This document shows, piece after piece, positions 33,380 to 43,476 of a stretch of 64,000 nt of DNA. Where the stretch lies: the NCBI GenBank assembly GCA_963725865.1, contig CAVSAC010000010.1, positions 608,001-672,000 of the forward strand. Reading direction: 5' to 3'. How positions within the stretch are numbered: position 1 is the first letter of the stretch; each line of letters opens with the position of its first letter. The translations under genes and the position numbers were made by a program. Under the pieces are notes generated by a model, which did not search any database, was not told the DNA's origin, and saw only the letters and a program-made list of their open reading frames with translations. This DNA comes from Candidatus Eiseniibacteriota bacterium. Lineage in GTDB: Bacteria > Eisenbacteria > RBG-16-71-46.

Positions 33380-34299
33380 GCCACTCCCCCGATCGCCGGC
33401 TGGCCCCGGGCGCGCCCGCGGCGACGGCCCCGCGCGAGCGCGTCGCCGCGGACATCTGGCGGCCCGAGCCGGTGCGGGTGCGCGAGACGCGCACCGAGAT
33501 CGCCGGGCGGCCCGGCGCCCGCCCGGTGGTCACGCTGAGCGTCGAGCGCGGCGAGCGCGCGTGGCGGCCGGGACAGTTCTTCGAGCTCGGGGTGTTCGCG
33601 GGCGGCGAGGTGCCGATCTCGATCTCGAGCCCCTCGGGACTCGACGACACGCTGCTGTTCACGGTGCGCGCGGCCGGCGTGGCCACCACGCTGCTCACGC
33701 GCATGCGCCCCGGCGACACGGTCAGCCTGCGCGGGCCGTTCGGCAACGGCTTCGACCTGGCGGGCTGCGAGGGCCAGGACCTGCTGTTCGTGGCCGGCGG
33801 CATCGGACTGGCGCCGTTGCGCGGCCTGCTGTGGGAGGTGCTGCTGCAGCGCGAGCGCTTCGGCCGCATCGTGGTGCTGCACGGCGCGCGCACCCCGCAG
33901 GACCTGCTCTATCCCTGGCAGTGGGAGTCGTGGCAGCAGCAGGGCGTGGACCTGCGGCTGGCGGTGGACCGCGGCGACGGCGCCTGGGAGAAGGCCGACG
34001 ATCCGCCGCGCGTGGTCGGCTTCCTGACCACGCTGTTCTCCCGCATCGGGCTCGATCCGGCGCGCACGGTGGCGTTCCTGTGCGGCCCGCCGGTCATGAT
34101 CCGGGTGTCGTGCGAGGAGCTGCAGCGCGCGGCGGGCTTCAAGCCCGAGCGGCTGATCGCCACGCTCGAGCGCCACATGAAGTGCGGCGTCGGCAAATGC
34201 GGCCACTGCATCGTGGTCGATCGCTACGTGTGCATGGACGGGCCGGTGTTCCGCTACGACGAGCTCATCGCGATGGCGCGCATCGAACCGCCCTGGTAG
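33376..34299 (+). CDS. AsrB/HydG (sulfhydrogenase gamma)/FlxA-type FAD/NAD(P)-binding subunit
   Basis: PGQF, GEVPISISS, LRGPFGNGF, AGGIGLAP, CGPPVM and LERHMKCGVGKCGHC...CMDGPVF. Confidence 0.9.
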   Translation: MSHSPDRRLAPGAPAATAPRERVAADIWRPEPVRVRETRTEIAGRPGARPVVTLSVERGERAWRPGQFFELGVFAGGEVPISISSPSGLDDTLLFTVRAAGVATTLLTRMRPGDTVSLRGPFGNGFDLAGCEGQDLLFVAGGIGLAPLRGLLWEVLLQRERFGRIVVLHGARTPQDLLYPWQWESWQQQGVDLRLAVDRGDGAWEKADDPPRVVGFLTTLFSRIGLDPARTVAFLCGPPVMIRVSCEELQRAAGFKPERLIATLERHMKCGVGKCGHCIVVDRYVCMDGPVFRYDELIAMARIEPPW

Positions 34300-34307
34300 G
34301 AGCGAAC

Positions 34308-34796
34308 GTGGACTGCTTCGCCGAACGACTGGAGAGCTGGATCCGCGGGCGTCGCGTGGTGGTCGTGGGCGTGGGGCAGGACCTGCGGGGCGACGACGGT
34401 GCGGGTCCGTGGATCGCGCGCTACCTGCTCCGCCACGGGCACACGTGGGTGTTCGACGCGGGCACGGTGCCCGAGAACTTCCTGGGCCCGCTGCTGGCGG
34501 GGGCGCCCGACGCGGTGCTGTTCGTGGACGCCGCCGACTGGGGCGGCGAGCCGGGAGCGCCCTGCCTGGAGCCGGCGAGCGCGTTGCTGGAGCGCTGCAC
34601 CTCGACGCACGCGCTCTCGCTCGCGCTGCTGGCGCGTGCGCTCGGCGCCCACGGGATCGCCTGCTGGCTGCTCGGCATCCAGCCGCTGCAGCGCGAGCTC
34701 GGCGCGCCGCTGTCGCCGGCGGTCGCGGACGCCATCCACGTGATCGCGCCGGCGCTCCACGCGTGCCTCGACCTGTCCGAGGCCTCCCATGCCTGA
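34308..34796 (+). CDS. hycI: Hydrogenase maturation endopeptidase (HycI-like)
   Basis: GVGQDLRGDDGAG, GTVPENF, VDAAD and STHAL motifs. Confidence 0.88.
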   Translation: MDCFAERLESWIRGRRVVVVGVGQDLRGDDGAGPWIARYLLRHGHTWVFDAGTVPENFLGPLLAGAPDAVLFVDAADWGGEPGAPCLEPASALLERCTSTHALSLALLARALGAHGIACWLLGIQPLQRELGAPLSPAVADAIHVIAPALHACLDLSEASHA

Positions 34797-36372
34797 CCTG
34801 GCGCCCGGCTTCGCGCTGCTGCTCGGGCTGCCGCTCGCGGGCGCGCTGCTGGCGGGCGTGCTGCGCGGGCGCGCCTCGGACGCCGCCGCGCTGCTGGCCG
34901 CGCTCGCGACCACCGTGGTCGCCACGGTGCTGGTGGCGCGCCACGGCCTGGCGGGCGTGGTGGTCCCACTCGGCGGGCTGGCCGCGGTGGACCGGCTGGT
35001 CGGGCACCCGGTGGTGCTGTTCGGCTTCGCGCTCGATCCGCTGTCGGGAATCGTGCTGCTGGGCGCGGTCGGGATCGGGCTGGTGTGCGCGCTGTACTCG
35101 CTCGGCTACATCTCGCCGCGCAACCGCGAGACGCCCGCGAGCGAGGATCGCCGCGGCTACTGGTTCTGGCTGCTGCTGTTCGTGATGGCGATGTCGGGCC
35201 TGGTGACCTCGGCCACCTTGATCCAGACCTTCGTGTTCTGGGAGATCACCACGGTGTGCTCGTGGGCGCTGATCGGCTTCTACGAGGACGAGCCGGGCGC
35301 CCTCGGGGCCGCGCGCAAGGCGTTCCTCATGACGGCCGGCGGCGGGCTGGCGCTGTTCGCGGCCGCGCTCACCACGCTGGCGCTCACCGGCTCCGCCGGC
35401 TTCGACGCGTTCGGCACCCTGCCCGGTGGAATCCGCGGCGGCACCGCGGTCGCGCTGCTGACACTCGCGTGCGTGGGCGCGTGGGCCAAGTCGGCGCAGG
35501 TGCCGTTCCACACCTGGCTGCCGTCCGCGATGGTCGCGCCGAGCCCGGTGAGCGCGTATCTGCACGCGGCCTCGATGGTGAACGCCGGCGTCTACCTGGT
35601 CCTGCGGCTGGCGCTCGCGAACACGCCGGCGCCCTCGCCGCTCGCGGACGCCCCCCCGCTGATCGGGCCGTCCGGCCTATCGGCGCTGATCCTGCCGCCG
35701 GTCGCGTCCGGGCCGTCTCCAGCGTTGGCGGGCTGGGTGGGGGCGCTGGCGGTGATCACGATCGTGGTCTCGGTCGCGCAGTTCTTCTACCAGGACGACC
35801 TCAAGAAGCTGCTCGCGCTCTCCACCACCAGCCACCTCGCCCTGATCCTGCTCGGCGCGGCACTCGCGCTGGCGGGCTCGGTACGGGCGGCGCAGGGCGC
35901 GGCGCTGCACGTGCTCGCGCACGGCGTCGGCAAGGCGCTGCTGTTCCTGTCGGTCGGCACGCTCTCGTACGCCGCCGGCACGCGCCACATCCGCGACCTG
36001 TCGGGCGTCCTCACGCGCGCGCCGGTGGTGTCGGTGGCGTTCCTGGTCGGCGTGCTGACGGTCACCGGCATCCCGCCGTTCGCGGGCTTCTGGAGCAAGC
36101 TGCTGATGGTGTCGGGCGCACTCTCGCTGGGCGGCTGGGGCGTGGCGGCCGCGGCGCTGATCGTGCTCGAGGGCGCGCTGGCGTTCGCGTGGATGCTGTG
36201 GGTGGGCCAGCGCGTGTTCCTGGGCGCGCCGTCCGCGGCGGTGGTGGCGATGGGACCGCGCGACGCCGCGATGGAGGCCGCGCTCGTGGTGCTGATGGTG
36301 CTGTGCCTGGCGATCACGGTGGTGGCGCTGCCGCTGGCGCAGGCGGTCCGCTTCGGACCGATCGGAGGATGA
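34789..36372 (+). CDS. Proton-conducting antiporter-like membrane subunit (HyfD-like)
   Basis: FWEITT, KSAQVPFHTWLPSAMVAPSPVSAYLHAASMV, DLKKLLA and PPFAGFWSK. Confidence 0.88.
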   Translation: MPDLAPGFALLLGLPLAGALLAGVLRGRASDAAALLAALATTVVATVLVARHGLAGVVVPLGGLAAVDRLVGHPVVLFGFALDPLSGIVLLGAVGIGLVCALYSLGYISPRNRETPASEDRRGYWFWLLLFVMAMSGLVTSATLIQTFVFWEITTVCSWALIGFYEDEPGALGAARKAFLMTAGGGLALFAAALTTLALTGSAGFDAFGTLPGGIRGGTAVALLTLACVGAWAKSAQVPFHTWLPSAMVAPSPVSAYLHAASMVNAGVYLVLRLALANTPAPSPLADAPPLIGPSGLSALILPPVASGPSPALAGWVGALAVITIVVSVAQFFYQDDLKKLLALSTTSHLALILLGAALALAGSVRAAQGAALHVLAHGVGKALLFLSVGTLSYAAGTRHIRDLSGVLTRAPVVSVAFLVGVLTVTGIPPFAGFWSKLLMVSGALSLGGWGVAAAALIVLEGALAFAWMLWVGQRVFLGAPSAAVVAMGPRDAAMEAALVVLMVLCLAITVVALPLAQAVRFGPIGG

Positions 36373-36376
36373 GCGC

Positions 36377-38183
36377 ATGATCGCGGGCCTGCTCGAGCGG
36401 ATGCTGCCCCACCTGGCGCTGCGGCTGGACGGCGTGGCGTGGCTGTTCCTGGCGCCGATGGTGCTGGTGAGCGCGGCGGCCGCGCTGTTCGCGCCGCGCT
36501 ACCTCGAGCAGGCGTGCTACCGCCAGGAGAACCGCGTGCGCTTCTGGCTGCCCTACATCCTGTTCGTGATCGCGATGGCGGCGGTGCTGTTGGCGGCCGA
36601 CCTGGTGGCGTTCCTGGTCGCCTGGGAGGTGATGACGCTCGCCTCCTACGCGCTGGTGGCCTACGAGAGCCGCCACCCCGAGAGCCTCAAGGCGGCGTTC
36701 AAGTACGTGGTGATGACCCACGTCGGCGCGGCGGGCATCCTGTTCGCGATCCTGGCGCTCGGAGCGCTCGGCGGCTCGCTCGCGTTCGACCAGCTGCCCG
36801 CGATGTTCGCCCACCTCGCCGCGACGCGACCGGCGTGGCTGCACATCATCCTCGCGCTGCTGTTCGTGGGCTTCGCCACCAAGGCCGGGTTGTGGCCGTT
36901 CGGCGACTGGCTGCCCGACGCGCACCCGGTCGCGCCCGCGCCGGTCTCGGCGGTGCTGTCGGGCGTGATGGTGAAGCTCGGGCTGTACGGACTGCTGCGG
37001 GTGTTCGTGGGCGCGCTCGCGATCGCGGCGCCGGCCGAGGCCGCGGCGTGGGGCTGGGCGCTGGTGGCGTTCGGGCTCGCCTCGGCGCTCGCCGGCGGCT
37101 TCGCGGCCTGCGCGGCGATGGACGCCAAGGTGCTGCTCGCGTACTCGACCGTCGCGCAGAGCGGCATCATCACGCTCGGCTTCGGGGCCGCGCTGGTCCT
37201 GGCGCCCGCGCATCCGATGCTCGCGGGGCTCGCGCTGCTGGGCGCGATGTTCCACGTCGTCGGCGACGCGCTCGTGAAGGCGCTGCTGTTCCTCTCGGTC
37301 GGCGCGCTGCAGTGGCGAGTCGGCAGCCGGCGACTGGAGGATCTCGGCGGGCTGTTCGAGGGCATGCCGGTCACCGGCACTCTGGCGCTGCTGGGATCGC
37401 TCGCGATCGCGGGGTTCCCGCCCCTGCCGGCGTTCGTCGCCAAGTGGCTCGTGCTGCAGGCCACCGTGCTCTCGCGCGAGCCGGCGCTGACGGTCGCCGG
37501 GCTCGGGCTGCTGATCGCGAGCCTCGCGTCGGTGCTGTACGCGGTGAAGCTGTTCGCGTCCGCGTTCGCGAACCGGCCGATGCGGCCGGGGGCACTCGAG
37601 GTGCCGATCGCGATGCGCATCGCTCCATTCGCGCTCGCGGTGCCGCTGGTCGCGTTCGGCCTGTTGCCCGGGCCGCTGCTCGGACTGATCGCGGGCGCGC
37701 TGCGCGGGCTGCCGGCGCTCGCCGGCGCGACGCCGGCCGACTGGAGCACGCTCGCGCTGGGGCCCGCCACCGGAGCGTTCGCCCCGCTCGCGCTGCTGGG
37801 GCTGGCGGCGTGGAGCATGATGATGGTGCGCGGCGCGCTCGGCACTCCCGCGGTACCCGTCGCCGACGTCGTGTGGAGCGGCGGCGTGCCCGACCGGCCC
37901 GGCCAGCCGCCCGTGCATCCGCTCGGGTTCTACTCGCCGCTGCGCGAGTCGATGCGGCGCGCGTGGCCGGTGCTTCCACGCGCCCCACGTCACGCGGCCC
38001 GCGTGGCTGCCGGCGGCGTTCGATCCCGACCGCTGGCTCTACCAGCCGGCGGTCGCCGTCGGCCGCCGCGTCACCGATGCCCTGCGCCACGCGCACACCG
38101 GCGTCCCCCACGTCTACCTCGCCTGGCAGCTGGCGGGCGCGCTCGCGCTCGTGCTGCTGATGCTGCTCCTGCTGGCGCGCTGA
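36377..38183 (+). CDS. Proton-conducting antiporter-like membrane subunit (HyfB/HycC-like; apparent +1 frameshift near 37975)
   Basis: AWEVM, KAGLWPFGDWLPDAHPVAPAPVSA, KVLLAYST; the shifted frame gives HTGVPHVYLAW plus a final TM ending at 38183. Confidence 0.88.
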
Positions 38184-38193
38184 GGATCCTCCC

Positions 38194-39936
38194 ATGGCCA
38201 CCCTGATCGCCCCCGACTCCGCGCAGACCCGGACCTTCAGCGAGCACGTGCGCGCGACGCTCGGCCGGCTCGCGTACCAGACGGTCACGCCGCAGCCCGA
38301 GCGGCTGTGGCTCGCGGTGGAGCCCGCCACCGTGCGCGCGGCGATGCGGGTGCTGGTGCAGGAGCTGGGCGCGCGCTACGTGATCAGCGTGGGCGCCGAC
38401 CGGCGGGCGGCGGGCGACGGCTTCGAGGTGATGCACCACGTCGCGTTCGACGCCGAGCACCTGCGCGTGGTGCTGCGGGTGCCGCTGGCGGCCGAGTCGC
38501 CGACCGTGCCGAGCATCACCCCGCTGATCCCGGGCGCCTCGTGGGCCGAGCTGGAGATGCGCGACATGCTCGGCATCGAGTCCGCCGGCCATCCCGAGCC
38601 GCGCCCGCTGATGCTGCCCGACGACTTCCCGCTCGACGTCCATCCGCTGCGCAAGGACGTGCCGTACAACTTCCAGCCGCCGGCGGCCGAGCCGCGCCCC
38701 TACCCCTACAAGACCCCGCCGCCGGGCAGCACGGTGGTGCAGCTGGGGCCGTTCTTCCCGGTGCTCGAGGAGCCCAGCCAGTGGCGCCTGTTCGTCGACG
38801 GCGAGCGCGTGGTGGGCGCCGACTACCGCGGCTTCTACTGCCACCGCGGGATCGAGAAGCTGGCCGACCAGGTGCTCACCTACAACGAGGTGGTCTCGCT
38901 GGCGGAGCGCATCTGCGGGATCTGCGGGTGCGTGCACTCCTGCTCGTACTGCCAGTCGGTCGAGGAGGCGGTCGGACTCGAGGTGCCGCTGCGCGCGCGG
39001 GTGATCCGCACGGTGGCGCTCGAGCTCGAGCGGGTGCAGAGCCACCTGCTGTGGCTCGGGCTCGCCTGCCACATCGTGGGGTTCGACTGGGGCTTCATGC
39101 AGGCGTGGCGCGTCCGCGAGCCGCTGATGGCGCTCGCCGAGCACCTCACCGGCAGCCGCAAGCACTTCGGCGTGAACCTCGTGGGCGGCGTGCGCTGGGA
39201 CATCGCGCGCGAGCGGCAGCCGCGCGTGTACGACGCGCTGGCCGAGGTCGAGCGCGAGGCGCTGGCGCTGGTGAACGCGCTGCAGGCCGACGACGCGCTG
39301 CTCGCGCGGCTGCGCGGCGTCGGGGTGCTGACGCCCGCCGAGGTGCGCGCGATGGGCGTGGTGGGCCCGCCGGCGCGCGCGAGCGGGGTCGCGATCGACG
39401 CGCGCCGCGACCATCCGTACGCGGCGTACCCGCTGATGCGCTTCGACGTGGTCGTGCAGGACGGCTGCGACGTGCTCGCGCGCACGCTGGTGCGGGCGCT
39501 CGAGATCTTCGAGTCGGTCAAGATCCTGCGCCAGTGCCTGGCGCTGCTGAGCGACCTGCCGGAGGGCGACCTGCTGGCGCAGGTGCCACCCACGTTGCCG
39601 GCCGATCGCGAGGGGCTCGGCGCGGTCGAGGCGCCGCGCGGCGAGGTGTTCCACTACGTGCGCACCGGCGCGCGCAACGGTCCCGAGCGCTGGCGGGTGC
39701 GCGCGCCCTCCTACCAGAACCTGCAGGCGGTGCCGCTGATGTTCAAGCCCGGAACGACGATCGCCGACGTGCCGATCGCGCTCGGCAGCGCGGACCCGTG
39801 CTTCTCGTGCACCGAGCGCATGGAGATCGTGGCCGGCGACGGCGCGCGGCGGCGGCTGCGCGAGTCGGAGTGGATCGCGCTCAGCCGCGACGACATGGCG
39901 CGGCGGCGCGCGGCGCGTGCGGAGGGCCCGTGCTGA
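38194..39936 (+). CDS. hycE: Group 4 [NiFe]-hydrogenase large subunit (fused NuoC/NuoD-like)
   Basis: Intact L1 RICGICGCVH and L2 DPCFSCTER, followed by a cleavable C-terminal extension; HRGIEK and EAPRGE. Confidence 0.93.
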   Translation: MATLIAPDSAQTRTFSEHVRATLGRLAYQTVTPQPERLWLAVEPATVRAAMRVLVQELGARYVISVGADRRAAGDGFEVMHHVAFDAEHLRVVLRVPLAAESPTVPSITPLIPGASWAELEMRDMLGIESAGHPEPRPLMLPDDFPLDVHPLRKDVPYNFQPPAAEPRPYPYKTPPPGSTVVQLGPFFPVLEEPSQWRLFVDGERVVGADYRGFYCHRGIEKLADQVLTYNEVVSLAERICGICGCVHSCSYCQSVEEAVGLEVPLRARVIRTVALELERVQSHLLWLGLACHIVGFDWGFMQAWRVREPLMALAEHLTGSRKHFGVNLVGGVRWDIARERQPRVYDALAEVEREALALVNALQADDALLARLRGVGVLTPAEVRAMGVVGPPARASGVAIDARRDHPYAAYPLMRFDVVVQDGCDVLARTLVRALEIFESVKILRQCLALLSDLPEGDLLAQVPPTLPADREGLGAVEAPRGEVFHYVRTGARNGPERWRVRAPSYQNLQAVPLMFKPGTTIADVPIALGSADPCFSCTERMEIVAGDGARRRLRESEWIALSRDDMARRRAARAEGPC

Positions 39937-40841
39937 ACGTGGGATGGGGCGCGCTCGCGTGGGCGCTGATCGCCCCGCCGCTGCTGCTGCTCGCGGCGCC
40001 GCTGCTGGACGGCGTGGCGCGCCAGGTGCGCGCGCGCCTCGAGTCGCGCGCCGGCCCGCCGCTGCTGCAGGGCTACGTCGACCTCGCCAAGCTCGCCGGC
40101 AAGCACGAGGTGAGCGCCGGCACCAACCGGCTGGCCGACGGGATGCCGTGGCTGGCGCTCGCCTCGGCGTGCGCCGCCGGCGCGCTGCTGCCGGTGGCCG
40201 GCACCGCGCCACTCGGCTTCGCGGGCGACGCGCTCACGGTGCTCTACCTGCTCGCGCTCTCGAGCGTGGCGCTGGTGCTGGCGGGCAGCGCCACCGGCAG
40301 CCCGTACGGGTTCGTGGGCGGCAGCCGCGAGATGATGCTGCTGCTGTTCGTCGAGCCGGTCGTGGCGGGTGCGCTGTTCGTGCTGGGGCTCAAGTCCGGC
40401 ACCTTCCGACTCGACGGCATGGTGGCGTGGCAGGCCACGCACGGGCCCGGCGTGTCGGGCGTGCTGGCCGGCGCCGGCCTGCTGCTGGCGCTGCTCGCCT
40501 ACATGGGGCGGGTGCCGTTCGACCTGGCCGAGGCCGAGCAGGAGCTGACCGGCGGCTCGATGGTGGAGTTCGGCGGCGCGCGGCTGGCGCTGCTGCGCTG
40601 GACGCTGTTCGTGCGCGGCCTGGTGGTGGCGTGGCTCGCCGCCGAGCTGTTCCTGCCCACGCGGTTGCCCTTCGCGCTCGGGTTGCCGGCCGCGGCGCTC
40701 AAGGCGCTCGCGCTGTTCGTGGTGGCCGCGGCGGCCTCGGCGCTGGTGGCGCGGCTGCGCGTCGACCACGCGCGCGCCTACCTCGCCCAGGTCACGCTGC
40801 TGCTCGGGTTCGCGCTCGTGTTCGCGCTCATCGGGGCCTAG
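39930..40841 (+). CDS. hycD: Hydrogenase membrane subunit (HycD/HyfC/NuoH family)
   Basis: RARLESRAGPPLLQGYVDLAKL and RVPFDLAEAEQEL motifs. Confidence 0.9.
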   Translation: MLNVGWGALAWALIAPPLLLLAAPLLDGVARQVRARLESRAGPPLLQGYVDLAKLAGKHEVSAGTNRLADGMPWLALASACAAGALLPVAGTAPLGFAGDALTVLYLLALSSVALVLAGSATGSPYGFVGGSREMMLLLFVEPVVAGALFVLGLKSGTFRLDGMVAWQATHGPGVSGVLAGAGLLLALLAYMGRVPFDLAEAEQELTGGSMVEFGGARLALLRWTLFVRGLVVAWLAAELFLPTRLPFALGLPAAALKALALFVVAAAASALVARLRVDHARAYLAQVTLLLGFALVFALIGA

Positions 40842-40849
40842 GAGGACGC

Positions 40850-41332
40850 ATGCTCGCCGCCAAGTGGCGCCAGATCCGGTTCGGACTCGGGCACGCGTCC
40901 GACACGGTCGGCTATCCGCTCGCCCCGCTCGCGCCCGATCCCGCCTACCGCGGGCGCGTCGTGGTGGACACCGACCTGTGCACCGGCTGCGGCGGGTGCG
41001 CCGACGTGTGCCCGGCGCGCTGCATCCTGATCACCGACCTCACCCGCGAGGTGCGCGTCATCCGCCGCCACCTCGACCGCTGCATCGCGTGCGGGCGCTG
41101 CCAGGAGGCGTGCGCCTACGACGCCGTGCGGCTGGAGCCCGAGTGGGAGAACGCCACGCCCGACCGCGCCGACCTGCTGATCGAGCAGCGGCTGTTCATG
41201 GGCGCGTGCGACCGCTGCGGGCGCTGCTTCGTCTCCGCCCACCCGCTCGACCGTCCGCGGATCACCGGGATGCGCTACGACGAGCCCGGGCTGCTCGACC
41301 ACGAGCCGGACGAGCCGGAAGCGACGCCATGA
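40850..41332 (+). CDS. hycF: Hydrogenase 2x[4Fe-4S] subunit (HycF/HyfH/NuoI family)
   Basis: YRGR, CTGCGGCADVCP, CIACGRCQEAC and a C-terminal CDRCGRC. Confidence 0.9.
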   Translation: MLAAKWRQIRFGLGHASDTVGYPLAPLAPDPAYRGRVVVDTDLCTGCGGCADVCPARCILITDLTREVRVIRRHLDRCIACGRCQEACAYDAVRLEPEWENATPDRADLLIEQRLFMGACDRCGRCFVSAHPLDRPRITGMRYDEPGLLDHEPDEPEATP

Positions 41333-41985
41333 ACGACCTCGTCCGCACTCTGGCGCTCACGCTGCTGCTGACGTCGTTCTTCGCGGTGGAATCGCGCGGT
41401 TTGAAGCGCGCGCTGGTCGCCTACCTGGCGCAGGCCGCGGTGATGGTCGCCATCATCGCCGCGTTCGCCACCGTGCATCCCGCGCTGTGGGTGTGGGCCG
41501 GCACCGCGCTGGTCACCAAGCTGGGCCTGATCGGGTGGCTGCTGTATCGCGCGGTGCGGGCCGGCGACGGCCGCGAGGTGGAGCCGCTGGTCGGCATCGT
41601 GCCGAGCGCGATGCTGCTGGCGGTGGTCGCGATCAGCGGGTGGACGCTCGTGCACCGCCACGCGTCGTTCCTGGCGCCCACCCCGCTCGCCGAGCAGGAG
41701 CCCTACCGCACGAACGTTGCGGTCGCGCTCACGCTGCTGTTCGTGGGCCTGTACGCGGTGCTCACCCGCCGCGACGCGCTCAAGGTGGTGATCGGCGTGT
41801 GCCTGATGGAGAACGGCGCGCACCTGTCGCTCGTGACGCTCGCGAACGGCATGCGCGAGACGGTGCTGATCGGCGTGGTCACCGACGTGGTGCTCGCCGT
41901 GTTCCTGCTGCTCCACCTGATCGCGGGCATCGAGGCGCGGATCGGCAGCCGCGACACCACCCGCCTGAGGGCGCTCCGATGGTAG
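41329..41985 (+). CDS. hyfE: Hydrogenase-4 membrane subunit HyfE-like
   Basis: RRDALKVVIGVCLMENGAHL; multi-TM. Confidence 0.85.
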   Translation: MNDLVRTLALTLLLTSFFAVESRGLKRALVAYLAQAAVMVAIIAAFATVHPALWVWAGTALVTKLGLIGWLLYRAVRAGDGREVEPLVGIVPSAMLLAVVAISGWTLVHRHASFLAPTPLAEQEPYRTNVAVALTLLFVGLYAVLTRRDALKVVIGVCLMENGAHLSLVTLANGMRETVLIGVVTDVVLAVFLLLHLIAGIEARIGSRDTTRLRALRW

Positions 41986-43460
41986 CCGCCGCCTGGATCC
42001 CGGTCGCGCTGCTGGCCACCCCGCTCGTCACCGCCATTCCCGTGAGCGTGGCGCCCGCGCGCGTGCGCGCCTGGCTGTGGGTGCTCGGCAGCCTCGTCGC
42101 GCTCGCGTTCGCCGGCGTGCAGGCGGCGCACGTGGTCACCGCGGGGCCGCTGACCACGCTCGGCGGCGAGCTGCTGGTCGACGGCCTGGCCGCGCTGATG
42201 GCGCTGGTGATCGCGTTCCTCGCGCTGGCGTGCTCGCTCTACGCGGTGGACTACCTGCCGGGCACGCATCCGCACGAGCCGGAGCGCCGCGAGCGGCTGG
42301 AGCGGCGCATGCCGCTCTTCACGGTGCTGTTCCTGGTGCTCGAGACCACGCTGTTCTGGACGGTGATGACGAACAACATCGTCCTGCTGTGGGTGGCGCT
42401 CGAGGCCACCACGCTCGCCTCCGCGCTGCTGGTGTCGTTCTACTGGGACCCGCGCGCGCTCGAGGCCGGCTACAAGTACCTGCTGCTCCTGACCGTCGGC
42501 ATCACCTCGGCGTTCTTCGGCTGCGTGCTGCTGTACGCCGCCGCCGCGCCGCTGCTGGGGGACGAGTCGGCGCTGCTCATCAGCCACCTGGCGCGGGTGG
42601 CCGATCGCATCCCGCCGCACCTGGCGCTCACCGCGGCGGTGCTGCTGCTGATCGGCTTCGGCACCAAGGCGGGGCTGGCGCCGTTCCACCCCTGGGTGGC
42701 CGACGCGCACGCCGAGGCCCCCGCGGTGATGAGCGCGTTCCTCTCGAGCGTCATCATCAAGGTGCCGTTCGTGGGCCTGATCCGAGTCTGGGCGCTGCTG
42801 GGGCCCCGCTTCCCGGCGCTGAACGAGGCGCTGCTGTGGCTGGGCGCGTTCACCATGGTGGTGGGCGCGGCGCTCGCGCTGGCGCAGGACGACCTCAAGC
42901 GCCTGCACGCATACTCGAGCGTCTCGCAGGTCGGGTTCATCGCCGCCGCACTCGGGCTCGGGCCGCCGCTGGGCCCCTACGCCGCGGTGTTCTTCCTGGT
43001 GAGCCACGCGCTCACCAAGGGGCTCCTGTTCCTGTCCACCGGCGCGGTCGTGTACTCGGCGCACGAGCTGCGCAGCCTGTCGGCGCTCGGCGGCCTGCGC
43101 CGGCGCATGCCGGTGACCGCGGCGTGCGCGCTGGTCGGCGCGCTGTCGCTGGCGGGGATGCCGCCGTTCAGCGGCTTCGTCGCCAAGGCCCAGGTGATCC
43201 TGGCCGCCGCCGGCGCGCGCGCGTGGGTGCTGATGGCGATCGCGCTGCTCACCAGCCTGGTGACGATGGCGTACATGACCGGCATGGTGCAGCGGGTGTT
43301 CCGCGGCCGGCCGCAGAGCGACGCGCTGGTGCTCGACGAGGTCCACGAGGTGCCGGCGGCGATGATCGCCGGCATGCTGCTGCTGGTCGGCGCGATCGTG
43401 GCGCTCGGCCTGCAGCCGCAATGGCTCGACCCGCTGCTGTCGCACTTGCCGGGAGGCTGA
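41979..43460 (+). CDS. hyfF: Proton-conducting antiporter-like membrane subunit (HyfF-like)
   Basis: WVALEATTLASALLV, ALEAGYKY, GFGTKAGLAPFHPWVADAHAEAP and DLKRLHAYSS. Confidence 0.87.
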   Translation: MVAAAWIPVALLATPLVTAIPVSVAPARVRAWLWVLGSLVALAFAGVQAAHVVTAGPLTTLGGELLVDGLAALMALVIAFLALACSLYAVDYLPGTHPHEPERRERLERRMPLFTVLFLVLETTLFWTVMTNNIVLLWVALEATTLASALLVSFYWDPRALEAGYKYLLLLTVGITSAFFGCVLLYAAAAPLLGDESALLISHLARVADRIPPHLALTAAVLLLIGFGTKAGLAPFHPWVADAHAEAPAVMSAFLSSVIIKVPFVGLIRVWALLGPRFPALNEALLWLGAFTMVVGAALALAQDDLKRLHAYSSVSQVGFIAAALGLGPPLGPYAAVFFLVSHALTKGLLFLSTGAVVYSAHELRSLSALGGLRRRMPVTAACALVGALSLAGMPPFSGFVAKAQVILAAAGARAWVLMAIALLTSLVTMAYMTGMVQRVFRGRPQSDALVLDEVHEVPAAMIAGMLLLVGAIVALGLQPQWLDPLLSHLPGG

Positions 43461-43476
43461 TCGAGGAGGGGGTGTC